DNA from: Tubulanus polymorphus
Taxonomy: Eukaryota > Animalia > Nemertea
NCBI RefSeq assembly: GCF_964204645.1
Contig: NC_134027.1
Location: 17,074,560-17,138,559 of the forward strand
DNA: 64,000 nt
Direction: 5' to 3'
Below the pieces are notes generated by a model. It saw nothing but the letters and a program-made list of their open reading frames with translations, was not told where the DNA came from and did not search any database. Position 1 is the stretch's first letter. Every line of letters starts with the position of its first letter. Of the stretch, positions 1 to 13,388 are shown in pieces. Position numbers and translations under genes: made by a program.

Positions 1-373
1 AATCAAATAATTAAAGCTGAAAGATTTATACAATTATGGAATAATATTAAAGGAATATGATTTGTTATCGAGAATCCGAAATGACTTATCCGGACAATTT
101 AATTGCTCCGCATAGATAGAAAAAAGTAGTGAGATATAAAAATTATATTCTAGCATTTTTTTTAAAGAATATTTTAAAATTTTAATTTGATTCAAAATCT
201 AATATTTTCTTTTCAAAAAGAGAATACCTTATATTACACATACAAAATATTAAAGAAACATTAACTTCATATAGCTAGTATTCTTAGACAATACTAGAAT
301 TCTTTAACTTTAACTAAATAGTAACGCCTAAAGAAATATTATAATATCTTTTTTCGCTTTTTTGCTAAAATAA

Positions 374-950
374 ATGTCTAAAAAATCGAATAAGAATAAT
401 ATTGATATTGAAAAAACATTAGATGATTTAGGATTAACCGAAGCTAAAATTGAAAATAATAATGATAATGTAGCAACTAATTGTATTCAAAATAATAATA
501 TAGATTATGAATTCTATTTATATTGTAAGCACCATCTTGCGTTACTAATTCCTGGTGGAAAGTCTAAAGAGTTTATCGGAAAAATTACAACTTATCAAGA
601 ATTAGATAATATGAAACCAGATAAAGTAATCAAATATATATGGAGAAGCTAGATTAGCTCGAATAAATGACTCTATTAGTGATGGAAGAGTAAAATGTTA
701 CTCTAAGTTATGTAACCGGATAATACCAATTGATGATGAAAATAAATTATATAGTGATTTAAAAAATGATTATTTAGTTATGACAGAATTACAAAAATGG
801 GTTGGGTACGCTTCATTTCAATTGGGTGGAATAATGACATTAATTTCTACTAGTGTAATAACATTTTCTAACATTAAACCTATAGAATACAAAGATAGAA
901 ATAAATCAGAATATATTGAATCAGAACATAAATTAACTAAAATAAATGAG
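374..950 (+). pseudogene. Polinton accessory protein, interrupted
   Basis: ORF 374-652 and a downstream frame (KCYSKLCNRIIPIDDENKLYSDLKND...GGIMTLISTSVITF) lie upstream of the integrase. They resemble small accessory ORFs of invertebrate Polintons; this is recall, not a search result. Confidence 0.45.
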
Positions 951-1293
951 TGATGATATTAAGAAGAAGCCTAGATCTGAAAAACAAATTAAATGGGCAA
1001 GGGAATTAGGCAGAAGATCTTCTGAGTTAAAAAAAGCTAAGAAAAAGAAATTAACTGATATAAATGAATCACCTGTTATTAATTCAAATAATAATTTATC
1101 TCATGCTTCGAAATACTGGAAGTAATAATACATTAGATTAGTAACAGTAATCATATTCTCTGGTGTATTATATTAATGTAAGTATAAATCCAAATCTAAT
1201 AATAATGATGATAATGATAATGATGATAGTAGTGATGATTATAAACCTATTATACCAGAAAATAAATCAAGATTATTATTAATGGATTAAAAT

Positions 1294-2383
1294 ATGATGA
1301 AAAAAGAGCAATATTTAAGAGATTTATATTATAACCCAGAGAGTGAAGTATCATATTCTAGTGTTTCAGAATTATGGGATAAAATTAAATCTGATAAAGA
1401 AAATATAAAATATAGTGAATTAAAATCATGGTTACAAAATCAACCAACATATCAAATCCATAAGAAAATGGATAAAAATTATTTAACTCGAAAAGTTATG
1501 GTTTCATAAATTGATAAACAATGGCAAGCAGATTTAATTGATATGAAGAACTTAGAAGAATATATTAAAAGATATTTTGGATATTACATATTATAGATAT
1601 ATTCAGTAGATACGCATGGAGTATACCAATCAAAAATAAAATTGGTATAGAAGTAACAAATGCTTTTAAAATATATATTTAAAGAAGCTATTCCAGGTAA
1701 GATACAATTTGATGAAGGTAAGGAATTCTATAATAAACATTTAAAAAAATTATTATCTGATAACAATGTAGAGTATTTTTTAACACACTCAGATAAAAAA
1801 GCATCTATCATAGAAAGATTTAATAAAACATTGAAAACTAGAATGTGGAAATATTTCACTTCTAATGAAACATATAAATATATCGATGTATTAGATGATT
1901 TAGTGAAATGTTATAATTATTCTAAACATAGTTCCATAAATATGAAACCGACACAAGCTAGAAAAGAAGATAATTCAGAAGTTGTTTGGAATAATTTGTA
2001 TGGTGCGTTTGTTACACATGATTTCGGAGAACCTAAATTTAAAATAGGACAACATGTTACCATATCTTAATATCGAAAAACATTTTATAAAGGTTATACC
2101 CCACATTTTACTGAAGAACAATTTAAGATTAAAAAGATAATATTAACTAAACCTATTGTTAATAAATTAGAAGATTTAAAAGATGAAGAAATATTAGGTT
2201 ATTTTTATAAACAAGAATTATCACTTGTACCAAATCCAGAAGATATATAATACAAAATAAAAAAAAGTATTGAAAACAAAAACTATTAAAGGAAAAAAGT
2301 ATTCTTTGGTGAAATATAAAGGGTACGATGATAAATTTAATGAATGGATTTTATCTAGCAAAATTATAAGAATAAATGAATAA
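1294..2383 (+). pseudogene. Polinton retroviral-like (rve) integrase with C-terminal chromo-like segment
   Basis: LYYNP...WLQNQPTYQIHK, QWQADLIDM, IDIFSRYAW, QFDEGKEFYN, ASIIERFNKTLKTRMW, YNYSKHSSINMKP, PKFKIGQHV and LVKYKGYDDKFNEWI, spread over stops and frameshifts. Confidence 0.9.
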
Positions 2384-3010
2384 AGATTTAATTATATTTG
2401 AACCACATAATATGTTAGTAACTGGAGTACCAAATTGTGGTAGAACACATTTTATATTAGATTTGTTAGAAACTGTTTATACGAATCATTTTGATAATAT
2501 AATATTATTCTGTCCTACTTATGAAATGAAGGAAACGTATAATAGGGATATAGTTAAGATAAAAAAGTTTATTATATTAGATCCTAAAACAGTAAAAGAA
2601 AATTTAGATAATTGTATTAAAATAGCAATTGATATTTATAAAGGATCATATACATTATTCATTATAGATCAAATACATTATTCATTATAGTTGATTGTGC
2701 AAATTTACATGATTCAAAAGTTAGAGAAAGTGAACTATGCTATTTAGCTTTCTCTGGAAGACATTTTGTGATAAGAACATGGGTTTTAAATCAAAAATAT
2801 AATTCAATTGTGAAAGATTTAAGAGAAAACATTAGATTTTTAGCATTATTCTACAATATAGATAGAAAATCAAAGCAACAATCATTGGTAGAAAATCAAA
2901 TAACATCTACTGAATTACATACTGAATATATGAATAAATTAAAGAATAATAAAGGTTCAAAATCATTACTCAGGCTCCAATTTCCATATGAATATAAATT
3001 TATAGAATAA
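2376..3010 (+). pseudogene. Polinton A32/FtsK-like packaging ATPase
   Basis: Degenerate Walker A (VTGVPNCGRT), FCPT, Walker B-like LFIID, then SGRH and QKYNSIVKDLREN. Split by a small duplication/frameshift near 2670-2690. Confidence 0.85.
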
Positions 3011-3159
3011 AATCATAATTTAAGCATTTATGTATTAGATACGTATTAGATACGTATTAGATACCTTAATACTTAAAACCCCCTTTTTAAATAATTATTA
3101 TTTATACAATTTTCAACCAATATATGAATAAATTAAACGATATTATATAATTTGAATTA

Positions 3160-3840
3160 ATACCCCCTTATGTCTTTATTGTCTTACATACCTTTAGTAC
3201 ATAAGGAATAAATCTTTATTTTATTCGTACTGATTTTAATCATTTTTAAAACTACTAAACTACTAAAGACAATAAAGACACATAGATTTATCATTACTGA
3301 ATCAAATATATATAATAAATCTGTGAGATAAATAAGTCAATGATATTTATTACTGAATCAAATATATATGATAAATCTATGTGTGTTTGTTATGTCTTTA
3401 TTATCTTTATTGTCTTTAGTAGTTTGAGTACATAAAGAATATATCTTTATTTTATTAGTACTTAGAAAAAAAAATATATAAATAATTTTTATATATAATA
3501 AATCTATGATAATTATCATTATTGAAACAGTAATATATAAAATCTATCAGATGAATAAATATTATCATTGAAACAGTAATATATAATAAATCTGTGTGAT
3601 AAATAAATATTATTATTGAAACGGTCATATATAATAAATCTGTGCGTTAAATAGATATTATTATTGAAACAGTAATATATAATATATCTGTGTGATAAAT
3701 AAATATTATACAATACCAAATTTGTCTTAACTAAATTTTAATTTATCTTTATTTTTATTTTTTTTTTCCAAGTACGAATAAAATAGAGATGTATTCTTCA
3801 TGTACTAAAAGTACTAGAGACATAAATACATAGGGGGTAT
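3160..3840. repeat. Degenerate ~50-bp tandem array bracketed by inverted repeats inside Polinton A
   Basis: TACCCCCTTATGTC...TTTATTCGTACT (3161-3231) is inversely repeated at 3771-3840. Units like TTATTGAAACAGTAATATATAATAAATCTGTGTGATAAATAA lie in between. Confidence 0.7.
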
Positions 3841-3859
3841 TATATTCATATTTTAAATT

Positions 3860-5001
3860 ACTTTTCTGATTCTAATTCTAACCACAATTTGATGCCATGC
3901 ATCTCTTAATTCTTCTGATTTTCTATTGCCTTCAACTTCACATAATTTTTTGGTATGATAACTATCGCTAGCCCTCAAACAATTCATAATTTGAATAGAT
4001 ATATTGATTTAATTGATATTCACTTATATTTTTATATCTATTTTTTGCATCATTTATAATTTTATTTATAAAATCTTGTGAAAAATCTTCATAACTGTAT
4101 ATTGAATTATTTCATCAAAGTTATCACTTTTATTATCATTAGCAGGAACTTTTTTCAATTCTGTTAAAAATCTCTCCTTTTAAATCTGATGAAATAAAGT
4201 ATACCTGAACAATCATCTGGAAATTTAGTTATATTTGTCCAACGATTTTTTACGTCTGATGATACTGCATTCTATTTATTTCTTACAAAATCGATGAACA
4301 TTGATCTATATAATTTCCCATGATTATTATTTTCTATATAAAAAAAATACAATTGGTACTCTCTAAAGGTGTTAATAGCTTTTATTGTATGTTCAATAGA
4401 ATTATCATGTTTAAGTTTATCTTTAGGTAATACAACAACATAACACTTTTCACATATATTTCTTTCTACATTATCCAAATGTATTTGAGTTAATTTATGT
4501 TTTGAAAAATCACTACGACTTATATTACTGTCACATTCTTCACAATATTTATCATTATTATCATTCAATTCATTTATGTTATTATTCAATTCATTTATAT
4601 TCTTATTTTTCTTATGCTTGAGTGAATTAATATGAGTTGCCCAATTCTTATAACTTTTATATTCTTTACGTATTCTTTACGTCTTTTTTGATATGAGGTT
4701 CAATCTTTGTATTATAATTATCATTATTCGATGTAGAAGGTATAACATCTATATTTTCATTATTAGATTCAATTTTATAAGTATCTTCTTTCTTAGGTTC
4801 AATTTTATTAGTAACTTCTATTTCAGTTTCAATATTCTTATCTTCTATTTTAGTTTCAATATTATTATCTATTTTACTTATTCTATATTTGAATTGATGA
4901 AAGTATTCTCCAAAATACTTACTTTATTCGTAAGGTATTATATAATATATATCTGATATCTTTTCAATTGGACTTTGTATTTCATATATTCTACCTTCCA
5001 T
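3860..5001 (-). pseudogene. Polinton accessory protein with C2H2-like zinc fingers
   Basis: CEECDSNISRSDFSKHKLTQIH and CEKCYVVVLPKDKLKHDNSIEH in ORF 4272-4589; flanking frames are broken. Confidence 0.55.
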
Positions 5002-5049
5002 TTATTATACAATTTTTTATTAAAATTAAAATTTTCATACATAACACTA

Positions 5050-5458
5050 TCTAGTTGAGAATTTATGAATCTAATTGCGGGTCTGATATAATATAAATAA
5101 TATATAATTTTTTCTATTTTCTTTCGTTAACCATAAATCTTTATAATGCGTAAATAAATTATAATCATCTAATGAAAAAATAGTCTCCGGACCGATCTTT
5201 ATAGTTGATTTTTTAATTAAATATCTTCCAGCATTATCAACAACAATTATTATCATGACCAGTTACTTTTATATCAGCCGATAAATAAATACTATTTGGA
5301 ACATAAAAATTATTTTGTGTTAATCGAGGGATTCTAACATATAAAGTTTCATCAGGATTAATATTAGAAGGATTATGAGTGATTATATGATGAGATCTTT
5401 CTGCTTTAATAGCATTAGATATTCTAGAATTCTTAGGATTTATATAACTCCCACTCAC
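5050..5458 (-). pseudogene. Polinton major capsid (hexon-like) protein, N-terminal fragment
   Basis: ITHNPSNINPDETLYVRIPRL...VPNSIYLSADI then VDNAGRYLIKK...YKDLWLTK, a pattern I recognise from invertebrate Polinton capsid N-termini. Frameshifted and truncated. Confidence 0.7.
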
Positions 5459-5480
5459 TTATTTAAGAGAAAAAAATTAA

Positions 5481-6230
5481 TCATTTATTTTTGATCATAT
5501 TCACTAACCCAAAAATAATTGCACCTACAACTGTAATTACAAATAAAATTATATGTTCAGCAGCAAAGTTAAGAATATTTCCAGCAGATTTTAAAACAAA
5601 ACCAACTATTGACGCTATAACTCCGGGTAAGGCTGCAGCAGATTTTTTATAGTTCCCATAAATATTTTGCTGATTTTTTAAAACCATCTTTTACTTTATT
5701 CTGTATAGAATAGTCAATAGTCAGCTTTAGTCAAACCTTCACTATTATCTAAAATAAAATTAATCCAACCATCATTATCTTGTTGTTGTTTGATATAAAT
5801 ATAATATTTTCGTATTTCATTCCATTTAAACGTTTTTGAGTTGATATTTTTTATTGTTTTTCTATATTATTTAGTATAAGGGACAGCAAAACCTCCGATT
5901 GGAAATGGTGAATTATTCATTGCATCCACAGCTTTCTCTACTTTAGATAAATCTCCCCCTGTAATTGTTCCCATCTTTGATCTAAAATCAGAGTTATTTA
6001 TATCTATATTAAATTCATTACATATCTTATAATACTTTGATAAATTAATATTATGATCCAATTCTCTAACATATCTAGATCCTGGTAAAGGACACTCTAA
6101 TTCATTTAATATTAATCTTATTTGAAAGTATGTATGAAATCTAGAGTGATAATATCAATGGTAAATTTGGTTCATTTAAATGATTATTCCAACTTATACC
6201 ACACCCTGTTGTTGTTAAAATCTATATATT
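5481..6230 (-). pseudogene. Fragments of Polinton accessory/structural proteins
   Basis: AAALPGVIASIVGFVLKSAG...AEH followed by a hydrophobic tail (5481-5687); FHTYFQI...LECPLPG...YYKICNEF (about 5870-6200). Confidence 0.55.
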
Positions 6231-6233
6231 TTT

Positions 6234-9200
6234 CTAACCATTTAGATTGACTGAATGAAATATACCTATGTACTTTTTTAGAATCATTCCTTGGTTCAAA
6301 TAAAACTTCAACATTCTATAAAGTACTAAATAATTATATTTATCTTCCTGAGTCACCATTAACTTTTCTGTATGAATATGATTTTCAGGTTTAATTCTTT
6401 TTTTATAATTTGATAATTCTTCATGTGTTACAGTTTTATGTTCGGGACAGTATGCTAGATTTCTAGATTTAAATTTAATATGTTCAGGGTACTCCAAGTC
6501 TACAACAAAAAAGTAACCAGAATCTGAATCATCTGCAATATCTAGAATTCGTTTCTTCCAATCAAATTTATCATTATTTTCATACTGTAAAACTTCAGTT
6601 ATTTCAAATACTCCAAATGGTTGTGGTTCCATCATTGCCCAGCCATATAGATTATTTGCATCTATATATAATAACTTATATCCAGGTTTATCATTTACAT
6701 TGAAATATCTATCACCTAATACACCTCCTCTTATAGATTTTTCAAATAATAATAATTGATCTATATTTGTTTTATATGTTTGTAAATCCATTTTTACTCC
6801 TGTAAATTTCAAACCACTGTCCCAAGTTAAACCTGAGCTAGAATAACAATGACATGGATCAATATTAAAATATTTTAGATTTACATTTCTAAACCTTTCG
6901 AATATATTAGTTAATAATAATACATCTAATTTTAAATATAAATCTACTAATTGTCCATGATTTTGTATTCCAAAATGATTCCAAATATTCGATTGTTCTA
7001 TTATAAACTTCATCTTTAACATATTCATTTTTTAATTCACCATAGAATTGTTCTTTTGTAAGTTCAGTTATATTGAAATCATTATGCGATTCATAAAAAC
7101 TATATGGAATTGCTCCTTTATAGACGGACCCGGAGAATTACGCTCTAGAGTGCGCACGTACAGCAGTCAACCCCAGCCGTAGACTGAAATATTCAATTAT
7201 CTTATCAAATTAAATGGCTCTAAAACAGCGATGAGAGTTAAACTGAGTGCGTTTGACTGAGTCGTACGATTTGCTTAAAATTTCACGGCAGCGCGGCGGA
7301 TCGCAGATCGGTCTCGCTCGAGCAGCAGCCCCCACATCGCGGTCGGCAACAACATTTAGTCTCCGCCCCTTCTTTCACCAAATAAGGAATTCGGTACAGC
7401 TAGCCACGTGCACTGCTTATTTACTTGAGCCGTAGATACCCGGTACTCGTTATTCCCGGAGGATTAGAAACAAATAAATATTTTTCGTAAGAGAAATCAA
7501 TTTTTGTATTGACATTTGAATTTTTCTGCCGATAATTAATTAATTCGATTCTTTCTGGCAGAAAATACTTTTCCGATTGATGCGTTTCAACGCGTCTTCC
7601 ATTTTTCTCCGTAATTAAACAATTCGTAGTAATCTTCATGTCCTTTTGTTTTCGAATGATGCTAATTTCTAAATTAACAACCAGGTCAAAATTCTTCAAT
7701 CTTGCAAAAACCAGTCTCAGTCTCAATCAGTTTCACTTTGAAATGTCGGTTACATAATGGTTTTGTAAAGTGGTTTAAGGCATTGAATAATTCTTGATCA
7801 CTAATCTAAATTGAAATAGTTTTTAGCAGTGATAAACAGTGCCACGGATAAGCCAAATACCAAAAATGATAAAAAATTCAGATGGGAAATTGGGTCAAGT
7901 CTTTTTCTGGCAGAATATTGAATTTCATTATCTGCGCATTGCGCTTTCTATAACCAGAAATGAATCAAACCTTAGAGTTGCAGTTTCATCGTCTTTCCCC
8001 ATCCCCCAACCCTCTGGCATTATTTTTCATTTTAACAAGTTTTATCTAAGAATTGGTATGCTTTTCAATATGAAATAAAATTGATCAAAGTTACTTTCCA
8101 GTTCCATGGGATTGACTACAATCAATTTTCTCTGTGTTCCTAGTCACTGACAATATTTTGAGTGTATTTCGTTATACACTCAAAATACACAATACATACA
8201 CAATGTAGCAAAATACACGAGGTAGTTTTCGAATCGAAATGATTTGGTAGTAAAAAAAAATAAATCAAGCTGTGACGAAGCGTCCGTCACTTTGATTTCT
8301 TCTATTACATATTTTCTCATGAAATGAAAATCACCATTATTTGGGTAATGTTGCTTTAATATTTTTATCATCAACTAATGATTTTGATAAATGATCTAAT
8401 GAACTACTTAAAAATCTATATGAATCTATAAATCTTAGACACCCAAATTGAAAAGATATATAATTTTCAGATGTTTTAGCTAACATTTTAAATTTATAAG
8501 TTGGTATTTTATCTTTTGATCTATTAAATTTCTGATAATCTTTCTATTTCATTATTGATTTCTTCTATTTTATGACATAGTTGTTTAATGAATGAATGAG
8601 CACCATACCCTGATAAATTATGAAATATAACTGGAACAAAGTTAATTTTCTTAGCTTGAAAGTTACAATTCTCATGCGCCGCACCTCTAAATTTACCATT
8701 CAAATGATCATGTTCTCTTACTTTTTTATCTTCAAAATTAAATTGTTTTTCACAATAATAACATTTATCTGCAAACTCAAATTCTTCTTTATCTTGTTCT
8801 GTCATTATAATTTCTATATTTTCATTTAACAATTTTTACATTTTATTTCTTATTCAATTAATAAGTCGCAAAAATGATTGATAACATTCTCAGTTCTATT
8901 ATTATAATATTCACTTTCAATTAGTTCTGGATAATCAGATTTTACATATAATCCAAAGGCAGCAGCACTTTGATGAATCTTTTTAATAGTATTTGTTTTT
9001 GGCGGTTCTTCAGAGTAATCATTTTCATTTGAATTTAATTTCTTTCTTTTATAATATATTTCTTCATCAGTTAATTCTTTATTCAATGATTCAAAATCTC
9101 CATATATTACAAATGGTATTTTATTCTTGTAATCATATTTTTTTAATTCTAATATCTTATATATTTCATTTGGAAAATTTATTTTACAATAATCATGATT

Positions 9201-9335
9201 ATCACATAATAGTTTATGATTTAATAATGCAATTTCATTACTGAATTTAGTTATACATTTTCTACATAGATATATTTTGTTGTGATTATTTTCTGTTCTA
9301 AAAAATAAATCGATTTGTTTTATCCACTCATCATT
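6234..9335 (-). pseudogene. Protein-primed family B DNA polymerase (pPolB) of Polinton A
   Basis: YGDFES, KVREHDHLNGKFRGAAHENCN, PVIFHNLSGYG, RFIDSYRFL, KGAIPY, YLKLDVLLL, SIRGG, YIDANNLYGWAM and VDLEYP. C-terminus missing; interrupted by an insertion at 7123-8308. Confidence 0.93.
7123..8308. mobile_element. Unclassified ~1.2-kb insertion in pPolB
   Basis: Higher GC than the flanks. Removing it rejoins HFMRK-Y-KGAIPY. Possible ATA duplication; stem-loop near 8263-8298. Confidence 0.6.
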
Positions 9336-9698
9336 GTAATCTTTTGAAAGTATTATATCACTTTCTCTTTCATTGAAAGGAGTTTAAAGAATATTTATTA
9401 TGTTTTCATCTAAAGTTCCTTTAAAATTTAAAACTGTATTGAACAATTTAGGATTTTTAATGCCATTATCAAAAGTATCTACTAGTTCAGTAATTAAATA
9501 TGTTTCATTTGATAATATTTGATTAATCATAATTATGTTATCGATTTTTTAATGTCTGGCGGACACTAAATTTGTTGCTGAAATATAATTTCTAATGTTA
9601 AACTGTGAAAATGATTTATTGGTTTCATTGATTTCGATTTTAAAGTTGGGTTCTTCTTCTTTCTTCTTTTTTATAACAAAATTTTTATTAAAACTCAT
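9335..9698 (-). pseudogene. Polinton subterminal ORF-A homolog (5' part)
   Basis: KEEEPNFKIEINETNKSFSQF...ITELVDTFDNGIKNPK, nearly identical to ORFs at 15378, 15905 and 19160. Confidence 0.7.
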
Positions 9699-9699
9699 T

Positions 9700-10294
9700 C
9701 AAATATAAATATTCACTGTTTTAAATATAAATTATTTCACTCACACTTTACTCACACTTTTTATGTTAAAAAATCAAGAATTTAACACATATAAATTTAA
9801 ATATTCACTGTTTTAAATATAAATTATTTCACTCACACTTTACTTACACTTTTTATGTTTAAAAATAAGAATTTAACACGGATAAAAATAAATATTCACT
9901 GTTTTAAATATGAATTATTTCACTCACACTTTACTCACACTTTTAATGTTTAAAAATCTAACTCATACAAATATAAATATTGAAATATGTTTAAAATAAA
10001 AACTATTTCACTCACACTTTACTAACACTTTTATATTCTTTTAGTTATGCATTTATTTTACTTATATTTTTACTCGAAATCTGTTAAAATATGAATTATT
10101 TCACTCACACTTTACTCACACTTTTTCTAGCGAGTAAAAATGAAGAATAAATTCGAGCGTGCGAGAACTATTTTTCATTTTTTATGAGTTTCGCTACTAA
10201 TTCAAAAAGAAATTATTGTTATTTTCATATTTTTTCATTTTTTATGAGCTCGACCTTTCTAACTTTGATCTGAAAGCCTATTACCCCTATCACT
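9700..10294. repeat. Subterminal ~92-bp tandem repeats (ACTCACAC motifs) and terminus of Polinton A
   Basis: About five units containing TTTCACTCACACTTTACTCACACTTTT, followed by a terminal sequence homologous to 19700-19882. Confidence 0.85.
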
Positions 10295-11930
10295 CAGAAT
10301 TTTGCAGTTGGATGACTGGTTTATTTATCTCATTTACGATCTAATCAGCTATTAAATTGTCCATTATCAAGTCGTCGTCAAAAATTAAATAGTCTTCCAA
10401 ATTTTTAGTGTAAGCGTTAAAATCCCCGCAAACACAAATATGAATTTTCACGGTTTATGGATGACAACATTTCATCTAAACTATAAAACATATTTACGTC
10501 ACCATAACGGCTTGACTCAGGATTTAAATAAACTCCACATTTAATTAAATCTTAACTGCTCTGAAATAGTGCACGATCTATTTCAACCAATTAAAATACA
10601 TTCTTTAAAGATTTAACATTTTTGATATGGCTTGAAAAACTTTTCTCAATAAAAATTGCGGTACCACCAGATCTTATTACTGACAGTTCTTTCCTGTTGT
10701 TTGTAAATGCAGTATACCCTAACTGGTCCGAAAGTTTTTGACCCAAAGATCATCTGCGCTTTTCGAACGGAAGCCACACACATAAAGGCATTCAACGTTA
10801 ATGTTATTTTTGAACTCTGGGATGATTACTTCCCCGCTGTCCTTTTTTCGACCCACACTCCCACTGTCCATATCAAGTATTGCTCTCGGTGTTGCTAATA
10901 GATCTGTTGTTGTGCTCTGTTGCATATCATCTGAGACAACTCTTTGCCGTTTTGTTTCGGTTTTTCCTGATTTGTTTACTTTTTGTCTAATGTTTTGTTG
11001 GGTAATAGGTTTACCTTACTGTCGCAAATTTTGGGGGATTGCCAGGAGGGGCCTGGATGTCTAAACACGCACGAAAAGTAAACACGTCACTCGTAGCCGC
11101 ATCTTTGCCATTGTTGTCGTTTTTCTGTTGGTCTTCGTGAGTAGGGGCTGACGGTTTTGTGCGTCTCCCCTCTTCTTCTGAGATTAGTCGACCGTTGCTC
11201 GCTAGTTTAAATTGGTGTTTATTTCATGCAACCGCTCACCGTGCGTTTTGCTGCTTTGGATCCAAACAGTTTTGTGTTCCAGAAAATTAGAGAGCTCATT
11301 TTTAGCTGTTTATACGGCGATTTCCGTTTCTTTTCCTTGTACCACTAGTTTTACAAGACCAGTTGCGCTCGGGATTTTAGCTGCGAGACGTTTACATTTA
11401 ACAACTCGCGCGTTCAGCATGTCACTACATTTCTTTTCAATAGTTTCGTCTCTCTAGAACGGCAAGTTCCTAACAATAAGGGTTTGCTCTGTATTATCAA
11501 GCGGGTCCAGAGGGTTCGCGATGTTTGGTTCGGTTTGAAGATCCATACAAAGATTCTCTTACTTTTTCATATCGGCCTTTGCTGTCTTTGTTTCTTTAGT
11601 GAGTGCTGCGATTGTTTTATCGGCTGATTTTAGATTTTCAGTTTTTTTATTCTCCTTTTGTAATTGCCCGATAATAGTACTGTTTGCGGATACTGATCCA
11701 CTTAACTCCCCTGTTTCTCTTATAGAGGTTGGCATTTTTCAAATCCTGGATGTTGGTACTATTTAAACACACTTTTGTACTTAGCGACGTGTAGGTTTCT
11801 GTCAGGTGTTTTTGTTCCGTTTCGATAGTCAACAAATGTGGTTTGATCTCCGTTATTGAACTTTTCATGAAAGACTCGAAGTCTGTTTTAACGGCACTGA
11901 TGGTCGGTTCGTTTTCTCCACTCGTGGTCG
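10295..11930 (-). mobile_element. Decayed LINE 5' half (ORF1 plus APE endonuclease), RTE-X/L2-like
   Basis: Minus-strand RSGGTAIFI and ICVCGDFNAYT are APE motifs. The upstream coiled-coil ORF1 remnant has TLIVRNLP and WIQSSKTHGERLHEINT. It is cut by the Polinton end. Confidence 0.7.
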
Positions 11931-13199
11931 ATCATGTATATGAGAGCGCAGTTCACGTGAAGAAACTCACGAGGTTCACGAGGTACACTAGGAGGTACAC
12001 TACAAACAAATACACAGGGGTGCTCAAGCGGAACGGATTTTGGACCGAGTAGAGTATTTGAAAATAAGCTGATTTCCAAAAAAACCAGTTTATTTATAGA
12101 GTTAGCAACCTCACGAGACAACAAAATCTGCTTACGTGGGGATTCGCTCTCCTTTTACCAAGTTACACGCATCTTGCAAGTTCCGTAATCCTCTTTAGAC
12201 ACTTTAATTTGTTACTTTTGTGGAGCTGTCGTAGACATGACCGACGCGGTCGGCCGCTATTCACAGTTCTCCAGGCGTTATTCAGTACCGGCCGTTCTCA
12301 CAGTCCTTCAGCGTCGACATACATGCATACTGCATAATGAAGATTTCAGGACTTAACAAGTTTTGTTGTCTAGCTTTTTTTTTGTTAAAACATTGTCAAA
12401 AAAGGGTAAGAGGTATAAAAAGAGTATGATCATTTAAGACACTCAGGGTCTCACATTTATAATTTTGAAGATTTTGTTTATAATAAATGATTTTATGTAA
12501 GTTTTCTATCGGATGTTTTTTTTTTATTGTTTCCTTCAACATTGACTTTCTATAAGGAGGGCCTTATGTGTTTAAATGCGCTTTAAATGTTTAAATGTGC
12601 TTTAAATTGGCGAGAACGACCGCCATTTTGTTCGCGTTTGTTCATTTCTTTATGCAAATAAGAAGAGTGTGTACCATGTGATCTGGGTGTGATTATTTTT
12701 CATCGGGAATATGCATTGCCTGCACGTGTTTCACTACGCGGGCACGCAGCCGCAATGGTTGTGCTATCATAGATCTAAAACATTTCCAAACCGCATTGAC
12801 TCGTGCGGCAGTTTGTTGGAAAATCTTTATTTTCTTATATGAAAGCCAAGTAAACAAGTAAATTAAACTAATCTTTGATTGGTCTCTCAGCAACAAGAAA
12901 CGTCTCTGTCCCTTTTGATATAATTGACGCGTCCCCGCCTCATTGCGCATGCGTGCAACTACATCATAGACGTCGTGATGGCGGTCGTTCTCGCCGATTT
13001 AAAGCTCAATTTTCGAGAATATTAATTAATCCTTCTAATCAATGCAAAATGAATATAAAAACAATAATTTATCTGGGCTGTACAACTCTACTGATTCGAT
13101 TAAGACCTATTTGAGGTATGTACACCGAAAATAAAGCGAAATATCCCAAATAGATCGACGTCGATAGAAAATAAATAGACTTTAGCTCTATTGGATTAT

Positions 13200-13325
13200 T
13201 CATTTAACCTCATGACAGGACCAAAGCCTTTGAAGAGTTGCCCGCACACTGCAAGCAAACCCAGCCGGACTCGAACCTTTTTATCACCAACGATACGCCT
13301 TATCCAAGTCAGCTACAAGGCTGCG
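13200..13325 (-). mobile_element. tRNA-derived SINE-like fragment
   Basis: Minus strand reads GTAGCTGACTTGG (A box) ... GGTTCGAGTCC (B box) at tRNA-like spacing, but there is no complete cloverleaf. Confidence 0.5.
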
Positions 13326-13388
13326 CTCTTCTTCATTTGAAATTCTGCTTTATTTCCACCTGTCCTCAAGCCAAATCAATGAGGAATC

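Larger units (their letters stand above)
1..10294. mobile_element. Decayed Polinton/Maverick element A (left end outside the window)
   Basis: Contains an rve integrase, packaging ATPase, capsid fragment and pPolB remnants. The right terminus ...TTACCCCTATCACT (reverse complement AGTGATAGGGGTAAT) matches the other Polinton ends in the window. Many stops and frameshifts. Confidence 0.92.

Noticed and set aside
11935-12170. Solo LTR or pLTR inserted in the LINE ORF1
   Set aside because: No convincing TSD or second copy in the window; left unannotated.
13260-13325. tRNA gene
   Set aside because: A and B boxes are present, but acceptor and anticodon stems cannot be formed; treated as a SINE head.
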